Assembly (NCBI RefSeq): GCF_009914755.1
Contig: NC_060933.1
Length of the DNA stretch: 64,000 nucleotides
Strand: one strand, 5' to 3'
Source: the human T2T-CHM13v2.0 reference genome, Homo sapiens
This document shows, in pieces, positions 36,401-51,567 of the stretch; position 1 is the stretch's first letter; each line of letters begins with the position of its first letter. The notes below the pieces were generated by a model, which saw nothing but the letters and a program-made list of their open reading frames with translations, made no database searches and had not been told where the DNA came from. A program made the translations under genes and the position numbers.

Positions 36401-36873
36401 CCCAAGTAGCTGGGATTACAGGCCTCCACCACCATACCTGGATAATTTTTTTGTATTTTTAGTAGATTCGGGGTTTCACCATGTTGGTCAGGCTGGTCTT
36501 GAACTCCTGACCTCAGGTGATCTGCCCATCTCGGCCTCCCAAAGTGCTGGGATTACAGGTGTAAGCCATGGCACCCAGCCTAAACTTCATAGACTTTAGA
36601 AGCCACAAAACAAGGGAAGATAACTTTGTCCATTTTATGGTAATTTTGAAAACGTTAATAATATAAAATGGATTGGAGTATCATATCCTGTTTTAATGAT
36701 TCAAAGCATTATTTTCATTAAGACATTTAAATTTCTACCTTCTCTTATTTTCCTTTTTTGAGAGCTATAGAAAACTTTGTTATTTTTGCCTTAACCCAAG
36801 TCAATTATTATATCACAATATTGTTAATAAATTAACATTTTGTGGCATTATACAATTTTGAATTTTAAAATAA

Positions 36874-36889
36874 CAGTGCCACCTGGTGG
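36874..36889 (-). promoter_or_regulatory. Candidate CTCF site
   Basis: Minus strand CCACCAGGTGGCACTG matches the CTCF core CCACYAGRKGGCRS. Confidence 0.65.
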
Positions 36890-37879
36890 TGACTCTAAAC
36901 ATGTTTTTATTTCTCTTCGGTATACATACCTAAAAGTGGAATTGCTCTTTTGACTGTGGACATTCGGGAACTAGCAAGTGTGTTTAACCTGAGAGACTGC
37001 CAAACTGTTTTTCAAAGCTACTGAACCATTTTATACTTCCACCAGTAACGTATGAGGGTTCTAATTTCTCCACATCCCATCCGACACTTGTTACTTTCCT
37101 TTTTTTTATTATAGTCATCCTAGTGGGTGTACAGTGGAATCTCATTGTGGTTTTGATTTGCATTTCCCTAAGTAATGCTATTGAGCATCTTTTCATGTGC
37201 TTGTTGCCATTAGTATATCTTCTTTAGAAAATTATCTATTTGGGGACAGGCATTGTGGCTCACACCTGTAATCCCAGCACTTTGGGAGGCTGAGGCAGGA
37301 GGATTGCTTGAGTTCAGGAGTTTGAGACCAGCCTAAGCAACATGGCATGACCCTGTCTCTACAAAAAGTATGAGTCTGTAGTCTCAGCTACTCAGGAGGC
37401 TGAGAGGGGAGGATAACTGAGAGGGAGAGGTTGAGGCTGCAGTGAGCCATGGTTGCACCTGAGCAACAAAGTAAGACCCTGTCTAGCAAAAGGAAAAGAA
37501 AAAATATCGATTCAAATCGTTGCCCATTTTTTAGTTGGGTTGTTCATTTTTCTGTAGCTGTTGTAAGAATTCTGTGTATATATTGGACACTGGAGCCTTA
37601 TCAGGTATATGATTTATAAGTATTTTTTCTCATTCTCTAGGTTGTCTTTTCACTTTCTTGATAGTGTCCTGGGATGCACAAATTAATTATTTTAATTCTT
37701 ATGAAGTTCAATGTATCTTCTTTTTTTTCCCTTCTGTGGCTTGTGCTTTTGGTGTCATATTTAAGAATCCATTGTCAAATCCAAGGTCATGAAGATTTAC
37801 CCTTATGTTTTCTTTCAAGAGCTTTATAATTTTAGCTCCTACATTTAAGGTCTTTGATCCATTTGGGGTTGATTTTTAG

Positions 37880-38350
37880 AGCCATCTCTTACTCACCATC
37901 ATGGCCACCATCAGACCCCTCATGAAGCCCAAGATCATCAAAAAGAGGAGCAAGAAGTTCATTCACCACCAGTCAGAACAATATGTCAAAATTAAGCATA
38001 ACCGGTGGAAACCCAGAGACAACTGCGTTCATAGAAGATTCAAGGGCCAGATCTTGATGCCCAACATTGGTTATAGAGGAGCAATGAAAACACAAAGCAC
38101 ATGCTGCCCAGCGGCTTCTGGAAGTTTCTGGTACGCATTGTCAAGGACTTGGAAGGGCTGCTGACATGCAGAAAATCTTACTGTCCTGAGATAGCTCACA
38201 ATGTGTCCTCTGGAACTGCAAAGCCATCATGGAAAGGGCAGCCCAGCTGGCCATCAGAGTCACCAGTCGCAATGCCAGGCAGCACAGCAAAGAAAGGGAA
38301 TAGACAGCTCATGTGCATGTTTTGTGTTGAAATAAAACCATAAAAACTGT
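37880..38350 (+). pseudogene. Processed RPL32 (eL32) pseudogene
   Basis: Intronless [25 protein letters not shown]...[12 protein letters not shown], continuing after a frameshift as [11 protein letters not shown]...[12 protein letters not shown]. 5' UTR remnant, stop at 38301-38303 and AATAAA at 38331-38336. Inserted into an old L1. Confidence 0.95.
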
Positions 38351-38702
38351 GAAAAATTAATTTTCATATAATTTTTGAGATGGAGTCAGGGGGTGGGTCC
38401 AAACTCATTCTTTTATGAATAAGAATATCTAGTTAATACGAATATCTGGGGCTGGGCTTGGTAGCACACGCTTGTGATCTCAGAACTTTGGGAATCTGAG
38501 GAGGGCAGATCTCTAGAGCCCAGGAGTTCAAGCCCAGCCTGGGCAACATGGTGAGACCTGTCTCTACAAAAAATACCAGCCTGTAGTCCCAGTTACTCGG
38601 GAGGCTGAAGTGGGCCGACTGCATGAGCCCAGGAGGTTGAGGCTGCAGTGAGCCAAGATCCACACACCAATGCACCTCAGCCTGGGCTACAGAGCAAAAC
38701 TG

Positions 38703-38703
<1 letters not shown>

Positions 38704-38751
<48 letters not shown>
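38704..38751. repeat. (CA)n, about 24 units, replacing an Alu tail
   Basis: Direct read. Confidence 0.95.
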
Positions 38752-38753
<2 letters not shown>

Positions 38754-39362
38754 GGCTATTCTTGACCTATTAAATAGTCTTGGTATGCTTGCTGAAAATC
38801 AATAGACCATAAGTGTATCCGTTTATTTATTCTATTAATTGATCTATATGTCTATCCCTATGCCAATACCACATGGTTTTTGCTTTTGTTTTGTAATTAT
38901 TAGACTTGATTTTTTAGAAGAGTGCTAGATTCACAGAAAAATTGAGCAAAAAGTACTGAGAGTTTCCACATACTCCCTCCTCCACCATTAACAGCCCCAG
39001 TTGGTATGGTAAATTTGATATAATCAATAAACCAACATTGACATATCATTATCAACCAAAATCCATAGGGTTCACTCTGTGTTGTACCTTCTGTGAATTT
39101 TGACAAATATATAATGACATATCTGTAACATTATGGTATCATACAGAATAGTTTTACTGCCCTAAAAATCTTCTGATCTCTGCCTATTGATCCCTCCCTC
39201 CTCACTAACTACCGGCAAACACTGATCCTTTTTACTGTCTCCATAGTTTTGCCTCTTCAGAATGTCATATATTTGGAATCATACAGTGTGTACCCTTTCC
39301 AGACTGGCTTCCTTCGCTTAGTAATATGCATTTAACTTTCCTCCATGTCACTGTGGCTTGCT

Positions 39363-39396
<34 letters not shown>

Positions 39397-39854
39397 GAGA
39401 CAGGGTCTCACAGTAGCAAGATCTTTAAAAACAGGCAATAAAAGTTTAATTTGATAAGAGAATTTCAAGAAGACAAAAAAAAAGCCCTAGTTATTTGCAA
39501 AGCAGAAGAAAAGCAAAAGAGCATACTAACCTTTTATAAGTATTTTGGTAAAGAAAAGTACCAGGGGGCCAGGCACCATGGCTCATGCCTGTAATCCCAG
39601 CACTTTGGGAAACCGAGGTGTGTGGATCATTTGAGCCAGGAGTTCAAGACCAGCTTGGGCAACACAGCAAGACCCTGTCTTTACAAAAACTATAAGCCTG
39701 TAGAACCAGCTACTCGTGAGGCTGAGGTGGAAGGATAGCTTGAGCCTAGGCGTCTAAGGCTGCAGTGAGCTATGATCACGCCACTGTACTCTAGCCTGTG
39801 CAACAGGGCAAGACCCTGTCTCTATTTTTAAAAAATTAAGAAATTTAAAAAAGA

Positions 39855-40030
39855 AATATTGTGAGAATTAGGAAAATATGACAGAGACACAAAGTGAGGA
39901 CACATTATTGGAAAAATGGCACCAATTGACTTGCATGACACAGGGTTGACAGAAATATTCAATTTGTAAAAAATGCATTATCTGTGAAGTACAATAAAGT
40001 GAAGCTCCACAAAACAAGGCATACTTACAT
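39855..40030 (+). mobile_element. Tigger-family DNA transposon end fragment
   Basis: TTGGAAAAATGGCACCAATTGACTTGC and TTCAATTTGTAAAAAATGCA...AATAAAG. Confidence 0.7.
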
Positions 40031-40433
40031 ACATTACCACTAACTAAGTCACTATGTTGTATATTAGATTTCCAGAACTTACTGACCCTATCTAACAGTT
40101 TCAGTACCGTGTAATCTACATATCTCCATTCCTCCACCCCCACCACAACCCAGCCTCTGGCAGCCACCCTTCTATTTGCTGCTTCTATGTGTTCAACATT
40201 TTTAGATTCCACACATAAGTGAGATCATGCCTTTCTGTGGCTGGCTTATATCACTTAGCATAATGTCTTCCACGTTCATCCATGTTATCACAAATGATAG
40301 GATTTCTTTCTTCTTTAAGGCTTAATAGTATTTAATTGTATATGTCTATCTATCTATCTATGTATCTATATATGTATGTATCTATCTATACATATGTCAC
40401 ATTTTCTTTATCCATTCATCCATTGATGGACAC

Positions 40434-42210
40434 TGATATGGTTTGGCTCTGTGATCCCAGGCAAATCTCATCTTGTAGCTCCCATAATTCCCATGTGTTG
40501 TGGGAGGGACCCAGTGGGAGATAATTGAATCATGGGGGTGGGTCTTTCCCTTGCTGTTCTCATGAGAGTGAATAAGTCTCATGAGATCTGATGGTTTTAA
40601 AAATGGGAGTTTCCTTGCACACACTCTTTCGCTTTGTCTGCTGCCATCCATGTAAGATGTGACTTGCTCCGTCTTGCCTTCCTTCATGACTGTGAGGCTT
40701 CCCCAGCCATGTGGAACTGTAAGTCCATTAAACCCCTTTCTTTTGTAAATTGTCCAGTCTTGGGTATGTCTTTATCAGCAGCGTGAAAATGGACTAATAC
40801 AGTAAATTAGTACCAGTGGTGTGGGGTGCTGCTGAAAAGATACCGAAAAATGTGGAAGTGACTTTGGAACCGGTAATAGACAGAGGTTGGAACAGTTTGG
40901 AGGGCTCAGAAGAAGATAGGAAAACGTGGAGAAGTTTGGAACTCCCTAGAGACTTGTTGAATAGTTTTGATCAAAATGCTGATAATGATATGGATAATGA
41001 AATCCAGGCTGAGGTGGTCTCAGATGGAGATGAGAAACTTGTTGATAACTGGAGCAAAAGTGACTTGGGTGCTGTTACAGGCATTCCATTTTATAAGGGA
41101 AGCAGAGTTCTGAAAATTTGCAGCATGACAATGCGATAGAAAAGAAAATCCCATTTTCTGAGGAGAAATTCAAGCCAGCTGCAGAAATTTGCATAAGTGG
41201 CTGGGCACAGTGGCCTGTAATCCCAGCACTTTGGGAGGCCAAGGTGGGTGGATCATGAGGTCAGGAGTTCGAAACCAGCCTGGCCAACATGGTGAAACCG
41301 TCTCTACTAAAAATACAAAAATTAGCTGGGTGTGGGGGTGCATGCCTGTAGTCCCAGCTACTCAGGAGGCTAAGGCACAATAATTGCTTGAACCCAGGAG
41401 GCGGAGATTGCAGTGAGCCAAGACACACCATTGCACTCCAGCCTGGGCAATACAGTAAGACTCTGTCTCAAAAAAAAAAAATTGCATAAGTAATGAGGAG
41501 CTGAATGGTAATTCCCAAGAGAATGGGGGAAATGTTGCCAGGGCATGTCAGAGGTCTTCATGGCAGCCCCTCCCATCACAGGAGGAAAAAATGGTTTCAT
41601 GAACTGGGTCCAGTGTTCCCAAGCTGTGTGCAGCCTAGGGACTTGGCACCCTGCTTTCCAGCCACTCCAGCCATGGATGAAAGGGGCCAATATAGAGCTT
41701 GGGCCATGGCTTCCGAGGGTTCAAACCCCAATCCTCGGAAGCTTCCACGTGGTGGTGAGCCTGCAAGTTCACAGAAGATTTGGGGTTTCTGAACCTCCAC
41801 CTAGATTTCCAAAGATGCGTAGAAATGCTTGGATGCCCAGGCAGAAGTTTGCTGCAGGGGTGGGCCCTCATGGAGAACCGCTGCTAGGGTAGTGCGGAAG
41901 GGAAAGGTAGAATCAGAGCCTCCACACAGTCCTTAGTGGGGCACCACCTAGTGGAGCTGTGAGAAGAGGGCTACCGTCTTCCAGGCCCCAGAATGATAGA
42001 TCCACTGACAGCTTTCACCATTCACCTGGAAAAGCTGCAGACACTCAATCCTAGCCTGTGAAAGCAGCCAGGAGGGGGGCTATACCCTGTAAAGCCACAG
42101 GGGTGGAGCTGCCCAGGACTGTGGGAACTCACTTCTTGCATCAGCATGGCCTGGATGTGAGACATGGAGTCAAAGGTGATCATTTTGGAGCTTTAAGATT
42201 TGACTGCCCT
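40434..42210 (+). mobile_element. THE1 element A: 5' LTR (40434-40801) plus truncated internal region, with an Alu at about 41199-41480
   Basis: TGATATGGTTTGGCT...GGACTAATACA, followed by MaLR internal ORF remnants (GWNSLEGSEEDRK). Confidence 0.9.
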
Positions 42211-43482
<1,272 letters not shown>

Positions 43483-43660
43483 TGAGTAGCTGGGATTACA
43501 GGCGTGCGCCACCACACCCAGCTAATTTTTGTATTTTTAGTAGAGACAGGGTTTCGCCATGTTGGCCAGGTTGGTCTCGAACTCCTGACCTCAAGTTATC
43601 CACCCACCTTGGCCTCCCAAAGTGCTGGGATTACAGGTGTGAGCCACCGTGCCCAGCCCA

Positions 43661-43935
43661 GGTACCTTATCTTCAGGGAGCACACTGTGAAAGGAATTCT
43701 TTATCAAATCTTGGCTTTTTTTTTTAAGGTGATAAATGATTCCCTCACAATATTACAATATAACTCCCTTGAGAAAAGTTGGATTGGTTATTTTCATTCC
43801 CATACACATGGGCCTTCCCATTATAATTTCATAAGGGGACAATTGATGTTTTCCCAAAGGGATGGATTGGAGTGTATGCAGCACTAGTGGGAGTGCTTTG
43901 GGCCAGGGGAGATGAAATACCTCTGTGAACTTAGC
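43661..43935 (-). mobile_element. Orphan ERV pol (integrase C-terminal) fragment
   Basis: LPWPKALPLVL...P.GKHQLSPYEIIMGRP is a gammaretrovirus-like integrase motif. Confidence 0.75.
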
Positions 43936-45331
43936 CAATTTGCATAAGTAACGAGGAGCCAAATGTCAATTATCAAGACAACGGGGGAAAATGTCTCCAG
44001 GGCATGTCAGAGGTCTTCACGGCAGTCCCTCCCATCACAAGCTGGGAGACCTAGGAGAAAGAAATGGTTTCATGGGCCAGGGCCAGGGCCTTGCTGCTTG
44101 GTGCCCTGTGCCCCAGCCATGGCTAAAAGGGGCCAATGTACAGCTCAGGCCATTGCTTCAGAGGGTCCAATCCCCAAGCCTTGATGGCTTACACGAGGTC
44201 TTGTGCCTGCAGATGCAAAGAGGTGAGGAATTAAGGATTGGGAACCTCCACCTAGATTTCACAGGATGTATAGAAACACCTGGATGTCCAAGCAGAGGTG
44301 TGCTGCAGGGGCAGAGCCCTCATGGAGAACCTCTGCTAGGGCAGTGTGGAAGGGAAATTTGGGGTGGAAACCCCTACACAGAGTCCCCACTGGGATACTG
44401 CTTAGTGGAGCTGTGAGAAGAGGGCCACCATCCTCCAGGTCCTAGAATGACAGACCCACTGACAGCTTGCACCATGTACCTGGAAAAGTCACAGACACTC
44501 AACATCAGCCTGTGAAAGCAGCTGGGAGGGCGTCTGTACCCTGCAAAGCCATGGAGGTGGAGCTGCCCAAGACCATGAAAACTCACCACTTGCATCACTG
44601 TGACCTGGATGTGAGACACGGAGTCAAAGGAGATTATTTTGCAGCTTTAGGATTTGACTATCCCTCTGGATTTTGGACTTGCATGGGGCCTTTAGCTCCT
44701 TGATTTTGACCAATTTCTCCCATTTGGAATGGGTGTATTTACTGAATGCCTGTACTCACATTGTATCTAGGAAGTAACTAACTTGCTTTTGATTTTACAG
44801 GTTCATAGGTGGAAGAGGCTTGCCTTGTCTCAGATGAGACTTCGGACTATGAACTTTTGAATTAATGCTGAAATGAGTTAAGACTCTGGGGGACTGTTGG
44901 GAAGGCATGATTGTGTTTTGAAATGCGAGGACAGGAGATTTGGGAGAGGCCAGGGACAGAATGATATGGTTTGGCTGTGTCCCCACCCAAATCTCATCTC
45001 AAATTGTAGCTCCCATAATACCCACGTGTTATGGTATTATGGGAGGGACCCAGTGAAGGTAACTGAATCATAGGGGCCAGTTTTCCCATGCTTTTCTCAT
45101 GATAGTGAATAAATCTCATGAGATCTGATGATTTTATAAAAGGCAGTTCCCCTGCACACACACTCTTGCCTGCCACCATGTAAGACATGCTTTTGCTCCT
45201 CCTTTGCCTTCTGCCATGATTGAGAGGCCTCCCTAGCCATGTGGAACTGTGAGCTTATTAAACCTCTTTTTCTTTATAAATGATCCAGTCTCAGGTGTTT
45301 CTTAATAGCAGTATAAAAATGGACTAATACA
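43936..45331 (+). mobile_element. THE1 element B: partial internal region plus 3' LTR (44962-45331)
   Basis: PPT-like GGGAGAGGCCAGGGACAGAA, then TGATATGGTTTGGCTGTGTCCCCACCCAAATCTC...GGACTAATACA. Confidence 0.9.
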
Positions 45332-45396
45332 ATGTTTCTGCAAGGGAACAAATGCTGGAAAATCCTCTTCTACCATCTTGCTGATGTCACTGCTCC

Positions 45397-46380
45397 CACT
45401 TTTGATTACTGTAACCTTATAGTAAGTTTTAAAATATGGAAGTGTGGGCCAGGTGCAATGGCTCATGCCTGTAATCCCAGCACTTTGGGAGGCTGAGGCA
45501 GGTGGATTACTTGAGCTCAGGAGTTCAAGACCAGCCTGGACAACATGGCAAAACCCTATCTCCACCAGAAATACAAAAAAATAGTGGTGTGGTCATGCAT
45601 GCCTGTGGTCCTAGCTACTCAGGAGGCTGAGATGGGAGGATCACTTGAGCCCAGGAGGTGGAGGTTGCAGTGAACCGAGATTGCGCTACTGCATTCCAGA
45701 CTGGATGACAGAGTGAGACCCCGTTTCAATTAAAAAAAAAATCTGGAAGTATGAGTCCTCCAATTGTGTTGTTCTTTTTCAAATTGTCTTAGCTATTGGG
45801 GATCTCTCACAAGTCCACATTAATTTGAGGATTGGCTTTTCCATTTCTATGAATAAAGCTATTATAATTTTGATAGGGATTGTATTGAATTTGTAGATTG
45901 CTTTGAGGAGTATTGTAATTTGACAATTTTAAGTCTTTCAACCCATGAACTGGAATGCCTTGCCATTTATTTAGGTCTTCTTTAGTTTCTTTCAGCAACG
46001 TTTTTTAGTTTTTGTATAAATCTTGCATTTTTTGGCTAAATTTATTCCATGTATTTTATTCATTTTGATGTTCTTATAAATGAAATTTATTAATTTCCTT
46101 TTTGGATTATTTATTACTAGTGTATATAAATAAGGTTGCATTTTTAATATTCTGCCTCCTACAACCTTAGTAAATTCATTTATTAGCTCTAGTAGTTTTC
46201 TTTTGTGGATTCCTTAGGTTTTTCTAGATATAAGATCATGTCATCTGCAAGTAAAGATAGTTTTACTCCTTCCTTTCCAGTCTGGGTGCTTTTTTTCTTT
46301 TTCTTATCTAATTGTTCTGGCTATTGCCCCCAGTACAATGTTGAATATAAGTGCCCAAAGTAGACATCTTTGTCTTACTC
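45397..46380 (-). mobile_element. Old L1 ORF2 fragment (with Alu at about 45447-45741)
   Basis: LKETKEDLNKW remnant and ATAAGATCATGTCATCTGCA motif. Confidence 0.8.
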
Positions 46381-46960
46381 ACCTGTTTTGGGTATAGCAC
46401 CTGAAATAATCATATGAATCATTTCCTAAAGACTGCAGTTCTCCCCAACCTCTGTGGTTAATGCCCAACTACTTACTGTCCAGATTTCAACATGTTTCTT
46501 ACTGCTAGACTCCTTGCTGCCTCATTCTACATCCTTGACCTACTACTTGCTGTCTTGTTTTCTCAATACTGGATTGCTCCTACTAATTGCACTTGGATTT
46601 TTCATGTGAACCCCTAATTCATCTGTTTCAACTCAACTATGAAACTGCTAGAAGAGGTTGGTGGACATTCCACATGAAAAGATATAAAATTATTACCTTG
46701 GAGAATGCAAAATAAACTTATTAGAGCACTCTCCTCCACACATTGTTCAAGAGCTTTGGTGTATTTCTCAATTCATAGATCGGTTCTGCTTCCAAAATCC
46801 AGGAGAATGAGAACTGGAGAAGTTTTTAGTAGATTTTTTTTTTTTTTTTTTACCAGATCCCACTGGTGCTCAAGGTAGTCATAAAAGTTACACCTTTATT
46901 TCTTAGTTCACAATTCATTCATTTTTGTTTTTTGAGACAGCATCTCACTCTGTCACCTAG

Positions 46961-47134
<174 letters not shown>

Positions 47135-47495
47135 TGACCTGGTTTATTCTTCATTGCTTAGGTATTGTTCTCCAAAGCACAACTGTAAAAAGGGGGCTGG
47201 GTCTTGAAGAGTTTTCTGCATCAGCCATGTTCTGTTAAAAATTTTTCTTCCATAGATTTTTTTTTCTTTTCAGAGACAAGGTCTTATTCTGTCACCAAGG
47301 CTGGAGTGTAGTGGTGCAATCATAACTTACTTCAGCCCCCTCAAGCTCCTGGGCTCAAGTGATCCTCCCTCCTCAGCCCTCCTGAGTACCTGGAACTATA
47401 GGCACATGTCACCATGTCCAGCTAATTAAAATAATTTTTTTTGTAGAGACAGGGTCTCACTATGTTGCCAGGCTGGTCTTGAACTCCTGGCTTCA

Positions 47496-47633
<138 letters not shown>

Positions 47634-49314
47634 TCATTGACATTTAGTATAATTACTATGTTGTGTGACTACTACCTCTATCTAGTCCCAAAACATTTTC
47701 ATCACCCCAAAACGAAACTCCATACCAATTAAGCAGTTACTCTCTATTGCCCCCTTCCCTTGGCCTCTGGCAGCCACCAATCTGCTTTCTATCTCTACAG
47801 ATTTACCTATTATGGACATTATTTATAGAAATGGAATCATAAAATAGGTGACCTTTTGTGTCTGCCTTCTTTCACTTAGCACAACGTTTTTGAGGTTCAT
47901 TCATATTTTAGCATGTATCAGTACTTCATTCCTTTTTATAGCTGAATCATACTCTATTGAATGCATATACCATATTGTGTTTATCCATTCATTAGTTGAT
48001 AGACATTTGTTTCCACCTTTTGGCTATTATGAATAATGCTGCCGTGAACATATACGTACTTCCTTGAATTCATAGGCTTTCTTTTTTTTTTTTTTTTGAG
48101 ATGAAGTTTCACTCTTGTTGCCCAGGCTGGAATGCAATGGTGCGATCTCAGCTCACTGCAGCCTCTCCCAGGTTCAAGCAATTCTCCTGCCTCAGCCTTC
48201 CAAGTAGCTGGGACTACAGGTGCCCGCCACCATGCCCGGCTAATTTTTTTTTGTATCTTTAGTAGAGACAGGCTTTCACCGTGTTAGCCAGGATGGTCTC
48301 AATCTCCTGACCTTGTGATCTGCCCATCTCAGCCTCCCAAAGTGCTGGGATTACAGGCATGAGCCACCAGGCCCAGCCTACATGAGTTTATTAAGTATTA
48401 ACTCACATGATCACAAGGTCCCACAATAAGCCATGTACAAGCTGAGGAACAAGGAGAGCCAGTCTGAGCCCCAAAACTGAAAAACCTGGAGTCTGATGTT
48501 CAAGGGCAGGATGCATCCAGCTTGGGAGAAAGATGTAGGCTAGGAGGCTAGGCCATTCTAACCTTTTCACATTTTTTCTGCCTGCTTTGTATTCACTGGC
48601 AGCTGATTAGATGGTGCCCACCCAGATTAAGGGTGGTCCTGCCTTCCCTAGCCCACTGACTCAAATTTTAATCTCCTTTGGCAACACTGTCACAGACACA
48701 CCGAGGATCAATACTTTGCATCCTGCAATCCAATTAAGTTGACACTCGGTATTAACCATCACAAGTCCACCCCTTGTCAACTTGAACCCATACACATCTC
48801 CTGAGAACATACGTAATCTTCAAATAAAGACAATAAGATCAGAATTCCGCCTAACATAATACAACTATCCTTCCCCAATCCAAATGCTGTTACATAAAGT
48901 TAACAATACTTAAATGCTGACATGAAGTCAATAAATCTTATGTCACATGATAAAGGAAAAAGGAAATAAAATGAAGATATTTTCTTAGTACAAGTGTACA
49001 CCTACACAAACATGTTTTTAACAAAAGAAGGAAATACTCATGACAATTACAGTCCTTGTTTCTGCAACTGGTCACGTGGTCATAGCTGGTATTGATGACT
49101 ATCTTCTTCTGCTACCCATTCTGTATTCCCTTTGCCTTCATCAAGCAGCTCAGCAGGTCGTGGTTTTTTTTTCCTGGTGGGGTGACCCAAACTTTCATTT
49201 CTGAAGGGTCTGGGCCATTTATAGTCCTGCTTGGATTGGGCTGCTGTAGTTTCCCATCGACCTTAACCACGGGGTATGGTAACACTGAGATGCCCTAATG
49301 GATCTCCTGTGAAT

Positions 49315-49530
49315 ACTGTGGAGTAGTAGACTGATTTCATCTTGATAATCCGGGTCAATCACACCAGGCCACACTAACTCCCTTCTTAGCCCATTGACTT
49401 AAAAGGTAGGAGGAGCACAAAATGTCCAGGTGGCAATCTTAACTTCCCATTTAATGGAATCATTGTTGTGTCTCCTGGTGGCAGCATTCCTCCCTCTGGA
49501 ACTAAGACCTCTAGGCCATCAGAACGTAAT
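49315..49530 (-). pseudogene. HERV-L dUTPase remnant
   Basis: Minus strand gives LRLPPGHF...GVIDPDYQDEISLLLH across frameshifts. A dUTPase after integrase is typical of ERV-L. Confidence 0.75.
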
Positions 49531-49531
49531 G

Positions 49532-50245
49532 TCACAGGAACAGGAAGCAAATATTTGCTAGTGGATCATTGGGCGTTACGGTAAGTAGTGCCACTTCCAC
49601 TTCTACCCCTTGATTCCTGGACCCATGAATCCTGGCTATGGGAGAAACAGTACCATATATTGAACACTGATTCAGAGCATACACAACCTTCTGGAGAACT
49701 TTGCCCCAGCCCTGCAAAGTATTGTCACCTAGTTGGTGTTGTAATTGTGACATCAAAAGGCCATTCCACTGTTCTATCAATCCAGCTGCTTCAAGATGAT
49801 GGGGAACATGGTAAGACCAGTGAATTCCATGAGCATGAGCCCACTGCCACACTTCTTTAGCCATAAAGTAAGTATCTTGTTCAGAGGCAATGCTGTGTGG
49901 AATACCACGACAGTGGATAAGGCATTCTGTGAGTCCATGGATGGTAGTCTTGGCAGAAGCATTGTGTACAAGATAGGCAAACCCATATCCAGAGTAAGTG
50001 TCTATTCCAGTGAGGACAAACCTCTGCCTTTTCCATGATGGAAGAGGTTCAATATAATCAACCTGCCACCAGGTAGCTGGCTTATCACCATGAGGAACTG
50101 TGCCATATTGAGGGCTCAGTGTTGGTCTCTGCTGCTGGCAAATTGGGCACTCAGCAGTGGCTGTAGCCAGGTCAGCCTTGGTGAGTGGAAGTCCCTGTTG
50201 CCCATGAATAACCTCCATCCCTGCCACCATGGCCACTTTGTTCAC
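49532..50245 (-). pseudogene. HERV-L integrase remnant (237-aa ORF)
   Basis: CPICQQ zinc-finger half, WQVDYI, TGIDTYSGYGFAY and GLIEQWNGLL are ERV-L integrase motifs. The second catalytic Asp position reads E (IASEQ). Confidence 0.9.
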
Positions 50246-51337
50246 GGGTCCACTGGATGATGACAGGGGTGGTTGGGGAAAGAGGCTGAGTGGTGTCCAC
50301 AGAATGAGTCATCCTATCCACTTGATTATTAAAATCCTCCTCTGCTAAGGTCACCCGTTGGTTAGCACTTCACAGTTTTTGAGCATTCAGAGAGGTCCAT
50401 CTACATACCTCTTCCCCAAATTTTATTGTCACCAATTTTCCAATCTTGCTTCTTCCAAGTCCCTGACCATCCAGCCAAATCACTGGCTACCGCCCATGAA
50501 TTAGTGTATAATCATACATCTGGCCATTTCTCCTTCCATGCAAAGTGCACATCCAGGTGCACTGCTGGAAGTTCTGCCCACTGGGAAGATTTCCCTTTAT
50601 TGCTGGCCTGCAGGGATGTCCTAGAAAGGGGCTGTAGTGCTGCAGCTGTCCACTTTCAGATGATGCCTGCGTATCATGCAAAACCATCTGTGAACCGGGC
50701 CCTAGTCTTCTCTTCCTCTGTCAACTGATCATGTCAACTGATCATGATCATAGGGAACTCCCCATGAGGCCACTGGTGCAGGCTAGGGCAAAGAAGGCAG
50801 GGTGGCACGAGCGGAGACCATGAGCATTTGAGCCACTTCCTCATGTAACTTATTCCTCAGGTGCCTTCAGGACCTGCTAGAGCCCAATCATGCATATAAC
50901 ACTTCCACTTGATGATGGAATACTGCTGTGCACGACCCACTTTATGGCTAGATGGGTCAGAAAGCATCCAGTTCATGATAGGCAGTTCAGGTCACATGGT
51001 GACTTAATGACCCATAGTCAAACGTTCAGTTTCCACCAAAGCCCAGTAACAGGCTAAGAGCTGTCTCTCAAAAGGAGAGTAGTTATCTGCAGAAGAAGGC
51101 AGGGTCTTGCTCCAAAATCCTAGAGGCCTCCACTGTGATTCATTTATGGTGGCCTGGCAAAGGCTCCAAATAGCATCCCTATCTGCCACTCATCCCTCAA
51201 GCACTATTGGATCTGCTGGGTCATATGGCCCAAGTGGCAGAACAGCTTGCACAGCAGCCTGGACCTGTTGCAGAGCCTTCTCCTGTTCTGGACCCTACTT
51301 CTGGTACCAAAATCCGTATTAGTCAGGGTTCTCTAGA

Positions 51338-51339
<2 letters not shown>

Positions 51340-51373
<34 letters not shown>

Positions 51374-51384
51374 TATTACTTCCT

Positions 51385-51423
<39 letters not shown>
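51340..51423. repeat. (TA)n plus (TG)n microsatellite inside the MLT2A LTR
   Basis: Direct read. Confidence 0.95.
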
Positions 51424-51425
<2 letters not shown>

Positions 51426-51438
51426 GGGAGTTTATTAA

Positions 51439-51567
<129 letters not shown>

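Noticed and set aside
37901-38343. RPL32-like ORFs as a functional gene
   Set aside because: Frameshifts, a two-codon deletion, many substitutions and no introns.
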